This document shows positions 42,273-52,194 of a DNA stretch of 64,000 nt, in pieces. The notes beneath the pieces were generated by a model. It did not search any database. It had not been told where the DNA came from and saw only the letters and a program-made list of their open reading frames with translations. Position 1 is the stretch's first letter, and each line of letters begins with the position of its first letter. The position numbers and the translations under genes were made by a program. Origin of the DNA: an uncultured delta proteobacterium (GTDB taxonomy: Bacteria > Desulfobacterota > Syntrophia > Syntrophales > Smithellaceae); assembly GCA_963753975.1 (NCBI GenBank), contig CAVWEH010000001.1, forward strand, positions 224,001 through 288,000, in the 5' to 3' direction.

Positions 42273-43571
42273 ATGTATTGGGAAAAAAATGTGGAGACTC
42301 TCAATCGAGCTATGCTGGAAAAAATGCAATTGGCACAGCTCAAAGATGCTATCGGAAGAGCTCAGAAGTCTTTTTATTACGGCAAAACCCTGAAAGAAAA
42401 GGGATTGAACGTAAAATCGCTCAAGTCCCTGAACGATATTCACAAATTTCCCTTTACGACTAAAGATGATTTGCGTGAACACTGGCCTTACGGATTTATC
42501 GCCGTGCCGAGGGAGGAACTGGTGCGAATGCATTCGTCTTCGGGAACCACCGGCCGTGCCACGGTTATATTCCATACAGCACAGGATATAGCTGTCTGGT
42601 CGAATCTCCTGGCGCGTTGCATGTATATGGCCGGTATGCGTAAAAGCGACGTTTTTCAAAACATGATGACTTACGGACTTTTTACGGGCGGCCTCGGCTT
42701 CCATTACGGCGCCGAAAAAATCGGCGCGCTGGTTATTCCCGCCGGCGCGGGCAATTCTAAACGTCAAATTCAACTGATGATGGATTTTGCAACAACAGCT
42801 ATCCATGTCATCCCCAGCTACGCTTTGCATCTCTCCATTGTTTTCACCGAACTTAAAGTTGATCCGCGCAAAGATACGAAAGTTAAAATCGCTTTTCTGG
42901 GTGCGGAGCCACATACGGAAAAAATGCGCAAAAAGATTGAAGAAATATACGGTTATAAAGCTTTTAATTCCTATGGCCTTTCTGAAATGAACGGGCCGGG
43001 CGTGGCCTTTGAATGCCCTTATCAAAATGGCATGCATATCTGGGAAGACAGTTTTCTGGTGGAAATTATCGATCCGGACACTCTGGAGCCGGTTGCCGAA
43101 GGCCAAGAAGGCGAGCTGGTCATGACCACGTTGCAGAGGGAAGGCATGCCGCTCATTCGCTACCGCACCAAAGATTTAACCAGAATTATTCCCGAGTCCT
43201 GCGCCTGCGGGCGCACCCATCGCCGGATCGAGCGCATCAAGGGAAGAACAGACGACATGCTGATTCTGAAAGGCGTTAATATCTTTCCCATGCAGATTGA
43301 AAAGAAACTGATGGAGATAGAAGGCGTCGGTACTAACTTTTTGATTGTTCTGGAGCGCGAAGGATTCAACGATGACATGACGGTGAAAGTCGAGGTAAAC
43401 AAAAAGTATTTTGTAGGCGATGTGCAGCAACTGGAGAGTCTCAGAAAGAAAATCGTCGAGGAATTAAAAAGCGAAATTCTGGTTACACCCAAGGTCGATT
43501 TGGTTGAGCCGGACAGCATTCCGAAAGGAGAAGGTAAGGCGGTGCGGGTAGTAGACAACCGCAAAGACTGA
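42273..43571 (+). CDS. paaK: Phenylacetate-CoA ligase family protein
   Basis: HSSSGTTG, YGLFTGG, YGLSEMNGPG, RYRTKD, GRTDDM. Confidence 0.88.
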   Translation: MYWEKNVETLNRAMLEKMQLAQLKDAIGRAQKSFYYGKTLKEKGLNVKSLKSLNDIHKFPFTTKDDLREHWPYGFIAVPREELVRMHSSSGTTGRATVIFHTAQDIAVWSNLLARCMYMAGMRKSDVFQNMMTYGLFTGGLGFHYGAEKIGALVIPAGAGNSKRQIQLMMDFATTAIHVIPSYALHLSIVFTELKVDPRKDTKVKIAFLGAEPHTEKMRKKIEEIYGYKAFNSYGLSEMNGPGVAFECPYQNGMHIWEDSFLVEIIDPDTLEPVAEGQEGELVMTTLQREGMPLIRYRTKDLTRIIPESCACGRTHRRIERIKGRTDDMLILKGVNIFPMQIEKKLMEIEGVGTNFLIVLEREGFNDDMTVKVEVNKKYFVGDVQQLESLRKKIVEELKSEILVTPKVDLVEPDSIPKGEGKAVRVVDNRKD

Positions 43572-43573
43572 AC

Positions 43574-43718
43574 TGATGATGCGATAAAAAGTCCATATGC
43601 TGGGTCCCACCTTCAGGTGGCGTTGCGCTGCATCCTTAGTCGTTGCGGCGTATGAAAAAATACGCCTCACTCCTTCGGCTTTGCGCGTCTTGCCTCTAGA
43701 GCTTTTTATGAATCATCA
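43574..43718. repeat. REP/MITE-like palindromic element, family C
   Basis: Terminal inverted repeat tgatgat..ataaaaag / ctttttat..atcatca; inner stem ggcgtat/atacgcc. Confidence 0.7.
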
Positions 43719-43819
43719 AAAAAAGATGTAAGGAATGGTGGCGACCATTCTCTCCACCGCCGCGTTCTACTTTGGAAATCAAGTTTGTGAAGATATTTGA
43801 TTGATATAAGGAGAAAATT

Positions 43820-44251
43820 ATGATTGCTTATCAACTTTCGATTTTTGCGGAAAATAAGCCCGGAAAACTTGCTCTCGTAACAGGAGTTTTGGCCAAAGAA
43901 AAAATCAACATCCGGGCGACGACAATAGCAACTGCCGATACATTCGGGGTAATCAACCTGATTGTTGACGACCCGAAGCGCGCGGAAACGGCTCTCACTA
44001 AAGCGGGAATGACAGTGCATCTGCGCGAGGTGTTGGCGATTCTTATTCCCGACAAACCCGGCGGTCTGGATAGCCTTACCCAATTGTTCAATCAGGAAGG
44101 CATCAATGTTAATAATGCCTATGGTTTTGTACTGGAAGAGTCAAAAAACGCGGTATTTGTAGTTGATGTAGATCAGATGCAAAAGACAGAAAAGCTTTTG
44201 CAGGAGAAGGGCTTTAAAACTTTAGATAGCCGGGCTCTTTCCGGCATGTAA
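43820..44251 (+). CDS. Tandem ACT domain protein
   Basis: QLSIFAENKPGKL and DKPGGL; commonly linked to paaK. Confidence 0.9.
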   Translation: MIAYQLSIFAENKPGKLALVTGVLAKEKINIRATTIATADTFGVINLIVDDPKRAETALTKAGMTVHLREVLAILIPDKPGGLDSLTQLFNQEGINVNNAYGFVLEESKNAVFVVDVDQMQKTEKLLQEKGFKTLDSRALSGM

Positions 44252-44292
44252 AAACCGGTAAGTAAGTTAATTGTTTAATAGGGCAAGAAATT

Positions 44293-44727
44293 ATGACACA
44301 TCTGGACAAAGGTAAATATTTTGAAAAACACCCCGGGGATTCCCCAATAGATGATGATTTAAAACGGGAAATTATTGGAGAGATAAAGGATAATAATATT
44401 GCCTGCAAGAAAGCCGAGGAAATTGCCGGGAAAAAAGGAATGGCAATTCGTGAAATCGGCAAAGCTATCGATATTTTAAATATCAATATTGCCGAATGCC
44501 AATTGGGTCTTTTTGGCTACAGCCCGCATAAAAAAATTGTCGAGCCCGCCCAAGAAATTGCGCCGGCTTTGAAAGAAAATATTTTAGCGGCGCTCGCAAA
44601 TGACCGGCTTCCCTGCAGCGCGGCCTGGGCAATCGCCGCGAAATTGAATATCCCCCGCATGAAGATTTCCGCTGCATGTGAAGGTCTGCACATAAAAGTT
44701 AAACCGTGTCAACTGGGCGCTTTTTAA
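44293..44727 (+). CDS. Conserved hypothetical protein with an internal duplication
   Basis: Two repeats of C..A..IA...I..CQLG.F. Confidence 0.75.
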   Translation: MTHLDKGKYFEKHPGDSPIDDDLKREIIGEIKDNNIACKKAEEIAGKKGMAIREIGKAIDILNINIAECQLGLFGYSPHKKIVEPAQEIAPALKENILAALANDRLPCSAAWAIAAKLNIPRMKISAACEGLHIKVKPCQLGAF

Positions 44728-44732
44728 TTTTT

Positions 44733-45443
44733 TTAAGAGTCCAATTTCAGATAACCGTGCAGCAATCGAATCATCAGATCAGCGTTTTTACTGATGCCGC
44801 CGAGTATCTCTTCCATGCCTAAAGGTTTACTAAGCAAGCCGTTACCGAAATTATCGATGGAACACGCAGACGCGTAAGGCATATCTAATTCCAGAGCGAT
44901 TGCCGCTTCGTTAGCCATAGTCATGCCGACAATATCGGCAAAATTGGCCATCATTTTGATTTCCGCTTTTGTCTCCAGCCGCGGACCCTGTGTTTGCCAG
45001 TAAGTTCCTTTATCTATAACTTGAATCTTGCAAATTTGTGCTGCCCGGATGAGTTTTTGCCGCACTTTTTCGTTTAATGAAGGGGTGATGTGACGAGTGC
45101 CGTTTTGATAAATGGTGGGAGTGGTGGTAAGCGTGATAAAATCGTCGGGAATAACGATCATTCCCGGACATAAATTATTTTTTAAAGAACCGGTCGAATT
45201 AATGCCGACTATTTCTGTTGCGCCGATATCCTTGAGCGCCTGCAAGTTGGAGCGATGGTTGATCAAATGAGGCAAAATATGATTATTAGGGTCATTGCCA
45301 TGTCGCAAAATCAAGGCTATTCTATCCGTGAGCAATACTTCTGTCCGGCCGAATTCGTTTTTCATCAGTCTGGCTTTACCTTTTCTTAATAAATCGCTTC
45401 TTTCCATGACTAATTTGGTGGAAATGACGCCTAAGAGACTCAT
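44733..45443 (-). CDS. MTAP family purine nucleoside phosphorylase
   Basis: RHG, STGSL, GPRLETKAE, VGMT, DN motifs; ATG at 45443 after GGAGG. Confidence 0.9.
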   Translation of the reverse strand: MSLLGVISTKLVMERSDLLRKGKARLMKNEFGRTEVLLTDRIALILRHGNDPNNHILPHLINHRSNLQALKDIGATEIVGINSTGSLKNNLCPGMIVIPDDFITLTTTPTIYQNGTRHITPSLNEKVRQKLIRAAQICKIQVIDKGTYWQTQGPRLETKAEIKMMANFADIVGMTMANEAAIALELDMPYASACSIDNFGNGLLSKPLGMEEILGGISKNADLMIRLLHGYLKLDS

Positions 45444-45727
45444 AAAAACCTCCTCCAATTCGCATCCTATTCGTATACTTTTGTTGACAAAACCTGCGCG
45501 GCGTGTTCCGGTCATCGACTCTTCAATCCGCCGCCGCGGACCCCTGAATCGCCTTTTTCTCGCCGTCAAGGTCCTCTTTTGACTGTAAAGTGGCATTAAT
45601 TCAAGTTTTTTAATATAAAACAAATTGTCATTTAGCAATCAAAAACTATTGCCAAATAGCATTTGACTTTTGGGGTTTCTCTATGACATATAGGCGTGCA
45701 TTAAAAAAGCTAAGGAGGGCGCGATTA

Positions 45728-46057
45728 ATGAGCAGTGAATTTTTAGGCGTCGCCACCGACGATAACTTCGAAGGTGAAGTTCTAAAAAACGCCAAACCGG
45801 TGCTCATTGATTTTTGGGCACCGTGGTGCGGGCCGTGTAAAGCTATCGGCCCTATAGTCGAAGAGCTTGCCTCTCAATTTAAAGACAGCATCAAAATAAT
45901 GAAATTAAATGTTGACGAAAATCAGAAAACAGCGCTTAATTTCGGCGTGCGCAGCATACCGACCCTGATCCTTTTTAAGGAAGGCAAAGTACTCGATACT
46001 CTCATCGGCCTTGTTCCCAAGGCAAAACTGGAAGAATTTATTAAGAAAAGTTTATAA
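45728..46057 (+). CDS. trxA: Thioredoxin
   Basis: WAPWCGPC, SIPTL; ATG at 45728. Confidence 0.96.
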   Translation: MSSEFLGVATDDNFEGEVLKNAKPVLIDFWAPWCGPCKAIGPIVEELASQFKDSIKIMKLNVDENQKTALNFGVRSIPTLILFKEGKVLDTLIGLVPKAKLEEFIKKSL

Positions 46058-46090
46058 ATCAAGAATGTTCCGCTGAAAGGTAGTGAAGGC

Positions 46091-46864
46091 ATGTATTTAA
46101 GAAGATTGCGGGAAACATTGAATTGGAAAGTATTTATAATTGCTTTATTGGTATTATGCTTCAGCGGTTGTTCTTCATTGAATATATTTGGCAAGAAAGA
46201 GGTGGTCAAAAACACTCCGGAAGGACTTTACGCGCGCGGAGCTGCTGAATTTCAGGAAAGTAATTATTATCATGATTATAAAAAAGCCCGGGAATATTTT
46301 ATGAGGGTTAAAGAAGAATATCCCCTGCATAATCTGGCTATTTTAGCGGAAATAGGAATAGCCGATTGCTATTACAGCGATAAGGAATACCAGGAAGCGG
46401 AAAACGCGTACAACGATTTTGTCACTTTTCATCCTACTAACGAGAATGTTCCTTATGCCTTCTACCAAATAGGCATGTGTCATTACAAGCAGATGGATGC
46501 AATCGATCGTGATCAGACGGCGGCGATTAAAGCGAAAAAAGAATTCGAAAAACTTGTGTCCCGTTATCCTGATAGTAAGTTTTCCACTATGGCCGAGAAG
46601 TTGATTCGCGAATGCAAGCAAAAGCTGGCGGAACAAGAATTTTATGTGGGACATTTTTATTTCAAACAGAAAAAATATCAGGCCGCCCTCGCCCGTTTTG
46701 AAACAATAGTGCGAGATTATGCGAACGTCGGACTTGATTATAAGGTAGAATATTTTATTAACGAAACCAAAGCGAAAATTGCTGAAGAAGAGAAATTGAA
46801 AAAAGCCGAGGAAGAAAAATTAAAAAAGGCCCAGCAAGAAAAAAGCAGAACTGCAAAAAAATAA
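46091..46864 (+). CDS. bamD: Outer membrane assembly lipoprotein
   Basis: Lipobox FSGC, TPR repeats, DRDQ, LAEQEFYVG.FY. Confidence 0.9.
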   Translation: MYLRRLRETLNWKVFIIALLVLCFSGCSSLNIFGKKEVVKNTPEGLYARGAAEFQESNYYHDYKKAREYFMRVKEEYPLHNLAILAEIGIADCYYSDKEYQEAENAYNDFVTFHPTNENVPYAFYQIGMCHYKQMDAIDRDQTAAIKAKKEFEKLVSRYPDSKFSTMAEKLIRECKQKLAEQEFYVGHFYFKQKKYQAALARFETIVRDYANVGLDYKVEYFINETKAKIAEEEKLKKAEEEKLKKAQQEKSRTAKK

Positions 46865-46926
46865 TACCAAGCCGTAATGAGACCCAAGTTTCAGAAACAG
46901 AGTGCGCCGAAACTTGCAAATCGAAT

Positions 46927-47050
46927 TAATGACACTCGCTGAAAACGAACTACGTGAAGTTTGAAGTGTAAGTGGAATTAATCCCGCGTGCGAAGCGTAA
47001 GCGGGGCAATACTAAATACCCCGCAGCTTGCTTTGGGGTTTATACCCATG
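46927..47050 (+). repeat. REP/MITE-like element, family A, copy 3
   Basis: 5' half matches the reverse complement of 14519-14636; 3' half matches 87-194. Confidence 0.7.
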
Positions 47051-47190
47051 GGGCTGCTCTTAAACGGTTTTCTAGTAAATCTATCAGCGGTTAAACTATC
47101 CCGACAATAACATATGATAATCAGGGCAAAATTTATTCTTGCTTGCAGGTTCCTTTCGTGGTTATTTCACCAAGCTATGAAATGGAGTGA

Positions 47191-47844
47191 ATGATGTTCA
47201 AGAAACTGCGTAAATTAGCCAAGACCAGATTTGCCGGAGCACTTCTTTACTGGGTAGTACGGCTGTACTCCGCTACATTTCGTCTGAAGATAGAAAATGA
47301 AGCCGAATGGTTTAAATATCTGGAGGAAGGCGGAAGGATTATTATTTGCGCCTGGCATCAGCAGTTTTTTGTCGGTGTTCGGGTTTTTAAGAGATACAAA
47401 AAATACTCGCCCGCTTTGATGTCTTCCCGAAGTTTGGATGGACAAATTGCCGCCGGTGTTGCTCAGAGAGTCGGATGTTATACCGTATGGGGTTCTTCCT
47501 CCCGCGGCGGCGGAACTGCCCTGAAAGAAATGATAAACAGAATAAAACAGCACCGGCTGGCGGCGCACATTATGGATGGGCCAAGGGGCCCGGCAGGTAT
47601 TGTTAAGGCCGGTGTCATTGCCCTTGCCCACGGCGCTGATGCCGCTATTGTTCCCGCGTACGCCAGGGCCGATCGAGCCTGGTACATGCACAGCTGGGAT
47701 AAATTTATGATTCCTAAGCCTTTCGCATGCGTTACCGTTAACTTCTGTCCCCAAATTAAACTGCCGCCGGCAAAAGCTAAAGCGGATATTGAAAATCAAA
47801 GACAAATGCTGGAAAATTTCATGCGGCCTTACCTGTATCGCTAA
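47191..47844 (+). CDS. DUF374 / lysophospholipid acyltransferase family protein
   Basis: WH, S.S.DG, GSSSRGG, DGPRGP, SWD....PKPF. Confidence 0.88.
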   Translation: MMFKKLRKLAKTRFAGALLYWVVRLYSATFRLKIENEAEWFKYLEEGGRIIICAWHQQFFVGVRVFKRYKKYSPALMSSRSLDGQIAAGVAQRVGCYTVWGSSSRGGGTALKEMINRIKQHRLAAHIMDGPRGPAGIVKAGVIALAHGADAAIVPAYARADRAWYMHSWDKFMIPKPFACVTVNFCPQIKLPPAKAKADIENQRQMLENFMRPYLYR

Positions 47845-47900
47845 GTATCTTCGGTTGGTAAAAAATCAGAGAGCATTGTATTGCCGCCCGGAAATTAGCA

Positions 47901-48971
47901 TTAATGTTCCAGCCACCTGGCTATAAGCTTCAACTCACGCTCTTCCCATTGGGGTAAATAGCGGATGTGTAAAAAAGATTCGAAAAGGTTATCCATTGTT
48001 TTTACTGCGTTTTCAATAAGATAAATTCTTTCCAATAGATTTCCCGCAGGGTCTTCTTGAGTTTTCGGCGAGAACATTCCCGGCAGGTTCAATGAATGAA
48101 AATTAAAAGAGTCGGCTTTAAAAGTGAATTCCCATTCATTTTGATTATAACTTAGCTTGATTCCTGCTTCTTTGACTTTTTTCCCCTGGCGGATAGCTTC
48201 CTTGCCTTCTTTAAGTTCGTTGTGTATTCCGGAACAAACAACACCCTGGGAATACTCGCCTTCGCCCGATTCCAAAACAATTCTTTTTAAGAAATGAAGT
48301 TCAACTTCTTCAGTGTCGGTTAACGCTATCCTGCCGTTGCGTTCTTCCGATTTAAACCAAAGCCAGGTTAAAAATTCACGGCCGATAATAGAGACAGTTT
48401 CCGCGGATTCATCATTTTTTACTATCCGCGGATTTTCTTGCGGCAAAATACGTTTAAGATTTAGAGAAAAAGTTTTTTTGAATAGATCAACAAATTCGTC
48501 AGCGACCGTGTCGGCAAGAGAAGAAAAATAAATCTTGTTTTGTCCTATGGCCCAGCAGACGTCATAAAAAGAAGGCACGGGATCAAGTTTAGTCATTAGC
48601 TCCAATTTGACCTTGTCTTTGATAGCTGTTGCAGTTTGTTTATTAATCCGGCCGGAGCCTGCGCTTTGGGCAAGATAGTTTCGTTCCTCTGTCATTAATT
48701 TAAGTTTCATCAACTTGGGCGGGATCGACCTACGGTCAATGCGCAGGCAGAAGATAAGATAATCGCCCAGCGCGTAATCAGCCTTTTTGAAGTCGGTATC
48801 CAATACATCAATAAGAGAAACCCAACCTAATTGTTTTTCTTCTGTTGATTTGGTCGTTTCTCGAAAGGCATGAGCTCTAATCCTTTCATTGACGAAATTC
48901 AAGAATGCCTGCGGCAGCTGGCCTTCCACATTAAATCTCATAAAAGTAAAATTGCCTTTGAGTAAACCCAT
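47901..48971 (-). CDS. RdgC-like recombination-associated protein
   Basis: GWV..D..F, LRIDRRSIP, GREFLTWLWF, EGKEAIRQGKKV, ERIYL. Confidence 0.75.
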   Translation of the reverse strand: MGLLKGNFTFMRFNVEGQLPQAFLNFVNERIRAHAFRETTKSTEEKQLGWVSLIDVLDTDFKKADYALGDYLIFCLRIDRRSIPPKLMKLKLMTEERNYLAQSAGSGRINKQTATAIKDKVKLELMTKLDPVPSFYDVCWAIGQNKIYFSSLADTVADEFVDLFKKTFSLNLKRILPQENPRIVKNDESAETVSIIGREFLTWLWFKSEERNGRIALTDTEEVELHFLKRIVLESGEGEYSQGVVCSGIHNELKEGKEAIRQGKKVKEAGIKLSYNQNEWEFTFKADSFNFHSLNLPGMFSPKTQEDPAGNLLERIYLIENAVKTMDNLFESFLHIRYLPQWEERELKLIARWLEH

Positions 48972-49146
48972 AATTAACACCTCACTGGCGTGCACCGTAT
49001 ATTAAACGCACCGAATCTGTCAAGACTTTATCCCCGGTAATTATCCTAAAAAATCAATTGCTTTGTAAATATATCAGTAAAATATTTATGCGTAGACAGC
49101 GGCTTTTTTTTATGTTAGTGAGCTTCATGTTTCGAGGTTGTAAGCG

Positions 49147-50040
49147 ATGAAAATCAAGAAAGTCGGCATTGTTGCCAATATAGAAAAAGTAAAAATAGCT
49201 GAGTTAGCCAAATCTTTAAAAAAGTGGCTGGAGGAAAAAAACACAGAAGTGTTTTTGGAAGCTCAGATAGCCGCTAAAACCGGTATCGGCGGCGGGCTTA
49301 AATGGGATGAGCTTGCGGCAAAATCGCAGCTTATTGTTGTTTTAGGCGGCGACGGCACAATGCTCCGCGCGGCGCGCTATGTGGCGAGATACGGTGTTCC
49401 CATTCTGGGAATCAATATGGGCAGTTTCGGCTATCTCACCGAAGTAAATTTAAACGAAATGCACTCCGCGTTGGAATTAATTCTGGGAGGCAAGTTTGTC
49501 GCGGAAAAAAGGATGATGCTGACTATAGCCATCAAACACGGCAAAACCGTTGCCAATGTCGGCGATGTGTTAAACGACGCCGTCATCAATCGCGGGAATC
49601 TCTCCCGTATCACCGAGCTGGAAACAGCAGTCGACGGCGAGTACCTGACAACTTACAAGGGAGACGGTCTGATTATTTCCACGCCTACCGGTTCCACGGC
49701 CTATTCGCTTTCAGCGGGCGGCCCGATTGTCTTTCCCGCAAAAGACTTGATAATTATTAATCCCATCTGTCCTCACACCTTGACTAACCGCCCGATTATT
49801 TTTCCGCAAGATGCGAATCTGGAAATAACGCTCTGGTCCAAAGGAAGAGGCGCCACCTTGACTTTGGACGGGCAGGAGTCTTACCAAATCGAATCCGGAG
49901 ACGTCGTGACCATAAAAAAATCGCAATATGCTATCAAGCTGGTTCTTTCGCCGCATCGCAGTTACTGGGAAATACTGCGTTCCAAACTAGGATGGGGCGG
50001 TTTGCCTTCAGGAGCTGGGAAAAGGAAAAATGCTAAATGA
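49147..50040 (+). CDS. nadK: NAD kinase
   Basis: GGDGT, LND, DGLIISTPTGSTAYSLSAGGP. Confidence 0.96.
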   Translation: MKIKKVGIVANIEKVKIAELAKSLKKWLEEKNTEVFLEAQIAAKTGIGGGLKWDELAAKSQLIVVLGGDGTMLRAARYVARYGVPILGINMGSFGYLTEVNLNEMHSALELILGGKFVAEKRMMLTIAIKHGKTVANVGDVLNDAVINRGNLSRITELETAVDGEYLTTYKGDGLIISTPTGSTAYSLSAGGPIVFPAKDLIIINPICPHTLTNRPIIFPQDANLEITLWSKGRGATLTLDGQESYQIESGDVVTIKKSQYAIKLVLSPHRSYWEILRSKLGWGGLPSGAGKRKNAK

Positions 50041-51742
50041 GTTGAGCATCAAAAACTTCGCGATCATCGATGAGCTCCAGGTTTCCTTCGGTGACAGGCT
50101 GAATGTCATTACCGGAGAAACCGGCGCCGGGAAGTCGATAATTATCGGTGCGGTAAGCTTGCTCTTAGGCGACAGGGCGGCGGCGGATATGATCAGATCG
50201 CAGACGGACGCGGCCACAGTGGAAGCGCTCTTTAATATAGCCGCGAATAGTGAGCTCCGGGAGAAGATCAGGGCCATGGGTTTTGCCGACGGCGACGAAC
50301 TGATCATCCGCCGGGTAATTTCGCGCACGGGCAAAAACAAAGCGCTCATCAACGGGCAGATGGCGACGCTCGCCAATTTGTCCGCCATCAGCGAATCGCT
50401 CATTAATATCTGCGGCCAGCACGAACATCAGGTAATCCTCAATGCCGAAAATCATATCGATATACTCGATGAATTCGGCAGCTCTCTGCCTTCTCGGGCT
50501 TCCTATGCCGAAGCGTATAATCAATATACGCAAATCAGAGCTAAAATAGAAAAATTGGAAAATTTGCGTAAGAGCCGTGAAGAAAAAGCGGATCTGTTTA
50601 AATTTCAGCTGCGGGAAATTCAGGATATTGATCCGCAGCCGGCGGAAGACACGGCGCTCTCCGCTGAAAAAAAAGTTTTCGTTAACGCGCAAAAACTTCT
50701 GGATTGGGCCAACCGCGCATACGATTTGCTCTACGGCGAGAAGGATTCGGCCGTCGTGAAGTTGAAGGAAGTCCAAAATCAGGTAAAGGAAATCAAGAAT
50801 ATCGATGCGAATTTAAAGCTTGCCCCTCAAGATATTGAAGGCAGTTTCATTACCTTGCAGGAAGCGGCCCTGGTTTTGCGCGACTATAGCAAAAATCTTT
50901 TCTTTGATCCGGATAAGCTCTCGGCGATTGACGAGCGCCTGGAAATGCTGGGTCGGCTCAAACGCAAACACGGCGGTTCTCTGGAGAGTGTTCTGGCCAA
51001 AAAACAGGAGATAGAAAAAGAATTGCAGCAGGTTTTTTCCGTCGAAGAAGAATTGGAGGCTCTGGCAAAAGAAGAAACAGCCGTCATGAACAGTCTAAGG
51101 CAAAAGGCGCTGGAGCTTTCTCAGAGGAGAAGGGGAGCAGCGGCGAAGCTCAAAGACGCCGTGGATAAAGAAATCCATGAACTGAATATGCCTCACGCTT
51201 CTTTTGAGGCCAATTTTAAAAAAAGCGCTACAGATAAAAATGTCGAATCTTTCGGACCGAAAGGCGGCGACGAAATAGAGTTTTATCTTGCGGCTAATGC
51301 CGGAGAAGAGCCCAAACCCTTAAACAGGATTGCTTCCGGTGGTGAGTTATCGCGCATAGTTCTGGCGCTGAAAAATGTTTTATCGCGCACCGGCTCCGTG
51401 GATACAATTATTTTTGATGAGGTGGATAACGGCATCGGCGGAGCGACGGCGGAAATCGTCGGCCGCAAATTAAAAGATGTTTCCGCCAATCATCAGGTCA
51501 TCTGTATCACCCATTTGCCGCAGATCGCGTGTTTCGGCGAGGATCATTTGTATGTTACGAAAAAGATCGTGAAAGGCAGAACGACCACCTCCGTCGCAAA
51601 GCTCGATCCCGAGCAGAAGATCGAAGAAATCAGCCGGATGCTGGGCGGAGTGGACGTAACCCAGACTACCCGCAAACATGCCCGCGAGATGATCGACGGC
51701 TCCCTGTCTTCCGGCAATCCGGGCGGGAGGGGGAAATGTTGA
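50030..51742 (+). CDS. recN: DNA repair protein RecN
   Basis: GETGAGKS, GQHEHQ, ASGGELSR, FDEVD, ITHLPQIA. Confidence 0.97.
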   Translation: MLNELSIKNFAIIDELQVSFGDRLNVITGETGAGKSIIIGAVSLLLGDRAAADMIRSQTDAATVEALFNIAANSELREKIRAMGFADGDELIIRRVISRTGKNKALINGQMATLANLSAISESLINICGQHEHQVILNAENHIDILDEFGSSLPSRASYAEAYNQYTQIRAKIEKLENLRKSREEKADLFKFQLREIQDIDPQPAEDTALSAEKKVFVNAQKLLDWANRAYDLLYGEKDSAVVKLKEVQNQVKEIKNIDANLKLAPQDIEGSFITLQEAALVLRDYSKNLFFDPDKLSAIDERLEMLGRLKRKHGGSLESVLAKKQEIEKELQQVFSVEEELEALAKEETAVMNSLRQKALELSQRRRGAAAKLKDAVDKEIHELNMPHASFEANFKKSATDKNVESFGPKGGDEIEFYLAANAGEEPKPLNRIASGGELSRIVLALKNVLSRTGSVDTIIFDEVDNGIGGATAEIVGRKLKDVSANHQVICITHLPQIACFGEDHLYVTKKIVKGRTTTSVAKLDPEQKIEEISRMLGGVDVTQTTRKHAREMIDGSLSSGNPGGRGKC

Positions 51743-52194
51743 GGAAAGCGCGCATCGATGATGTGAAGACTATTCACCGCATGATAAATGCATCGGCGGG
51801 CAAAGGCGAAATGCTGCCGCGCTCGCTCATGGATATTTACGGTTCTTTGCGGGATTTTTTTGTTTATTACGATGAGGACGAATCGCAGGTGGCGGGTATT
51901 TGCGCGATGAACATCATCTGGGAAAATCTTGCGGAAATCCGGTCGCTTTATGTTGACGAAAATTATCGGGGAAAAGGCGTCGGGAAAGAACTGGTGGAAG
52001 CCTGTATTTCCGAGGCTATTACCCTGGGGCTCTTTAAGATATTTACGCTTACCTACAAAAAGGATTTATTTGCCAAGCTGAGCTTTATTGAAGTGGATAG
52101 GGCGACTCTGCCGGAGAAGATTTGGTCGGATTGTCTGCGCTGTTCCAAGTATCCCGACTACTGCGATGAAATAGCGATGATTATGGAGCTATGA
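51736..52194 (+). CDS. GNAT N-acetyltransferase (short ArgA-like)
   Basis: MLPRS, LAEIRSL, RGKGVG, LPEKIWSDC..C...C. Confidence 0.88.
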   Translation: MLRKARIDDVKTIHRMINASAGKGEMLPRSLMDIYGSLRDFFVYYDEDESQVAGICAMNIIWENLAEIRSLYVDENYRGKGVGKELVEACISEAITLGLFKIFTLTYKKDLFAKLSFIEVDRATLPEKIWSDCLRCSKYPDYCDEIAMIMEL

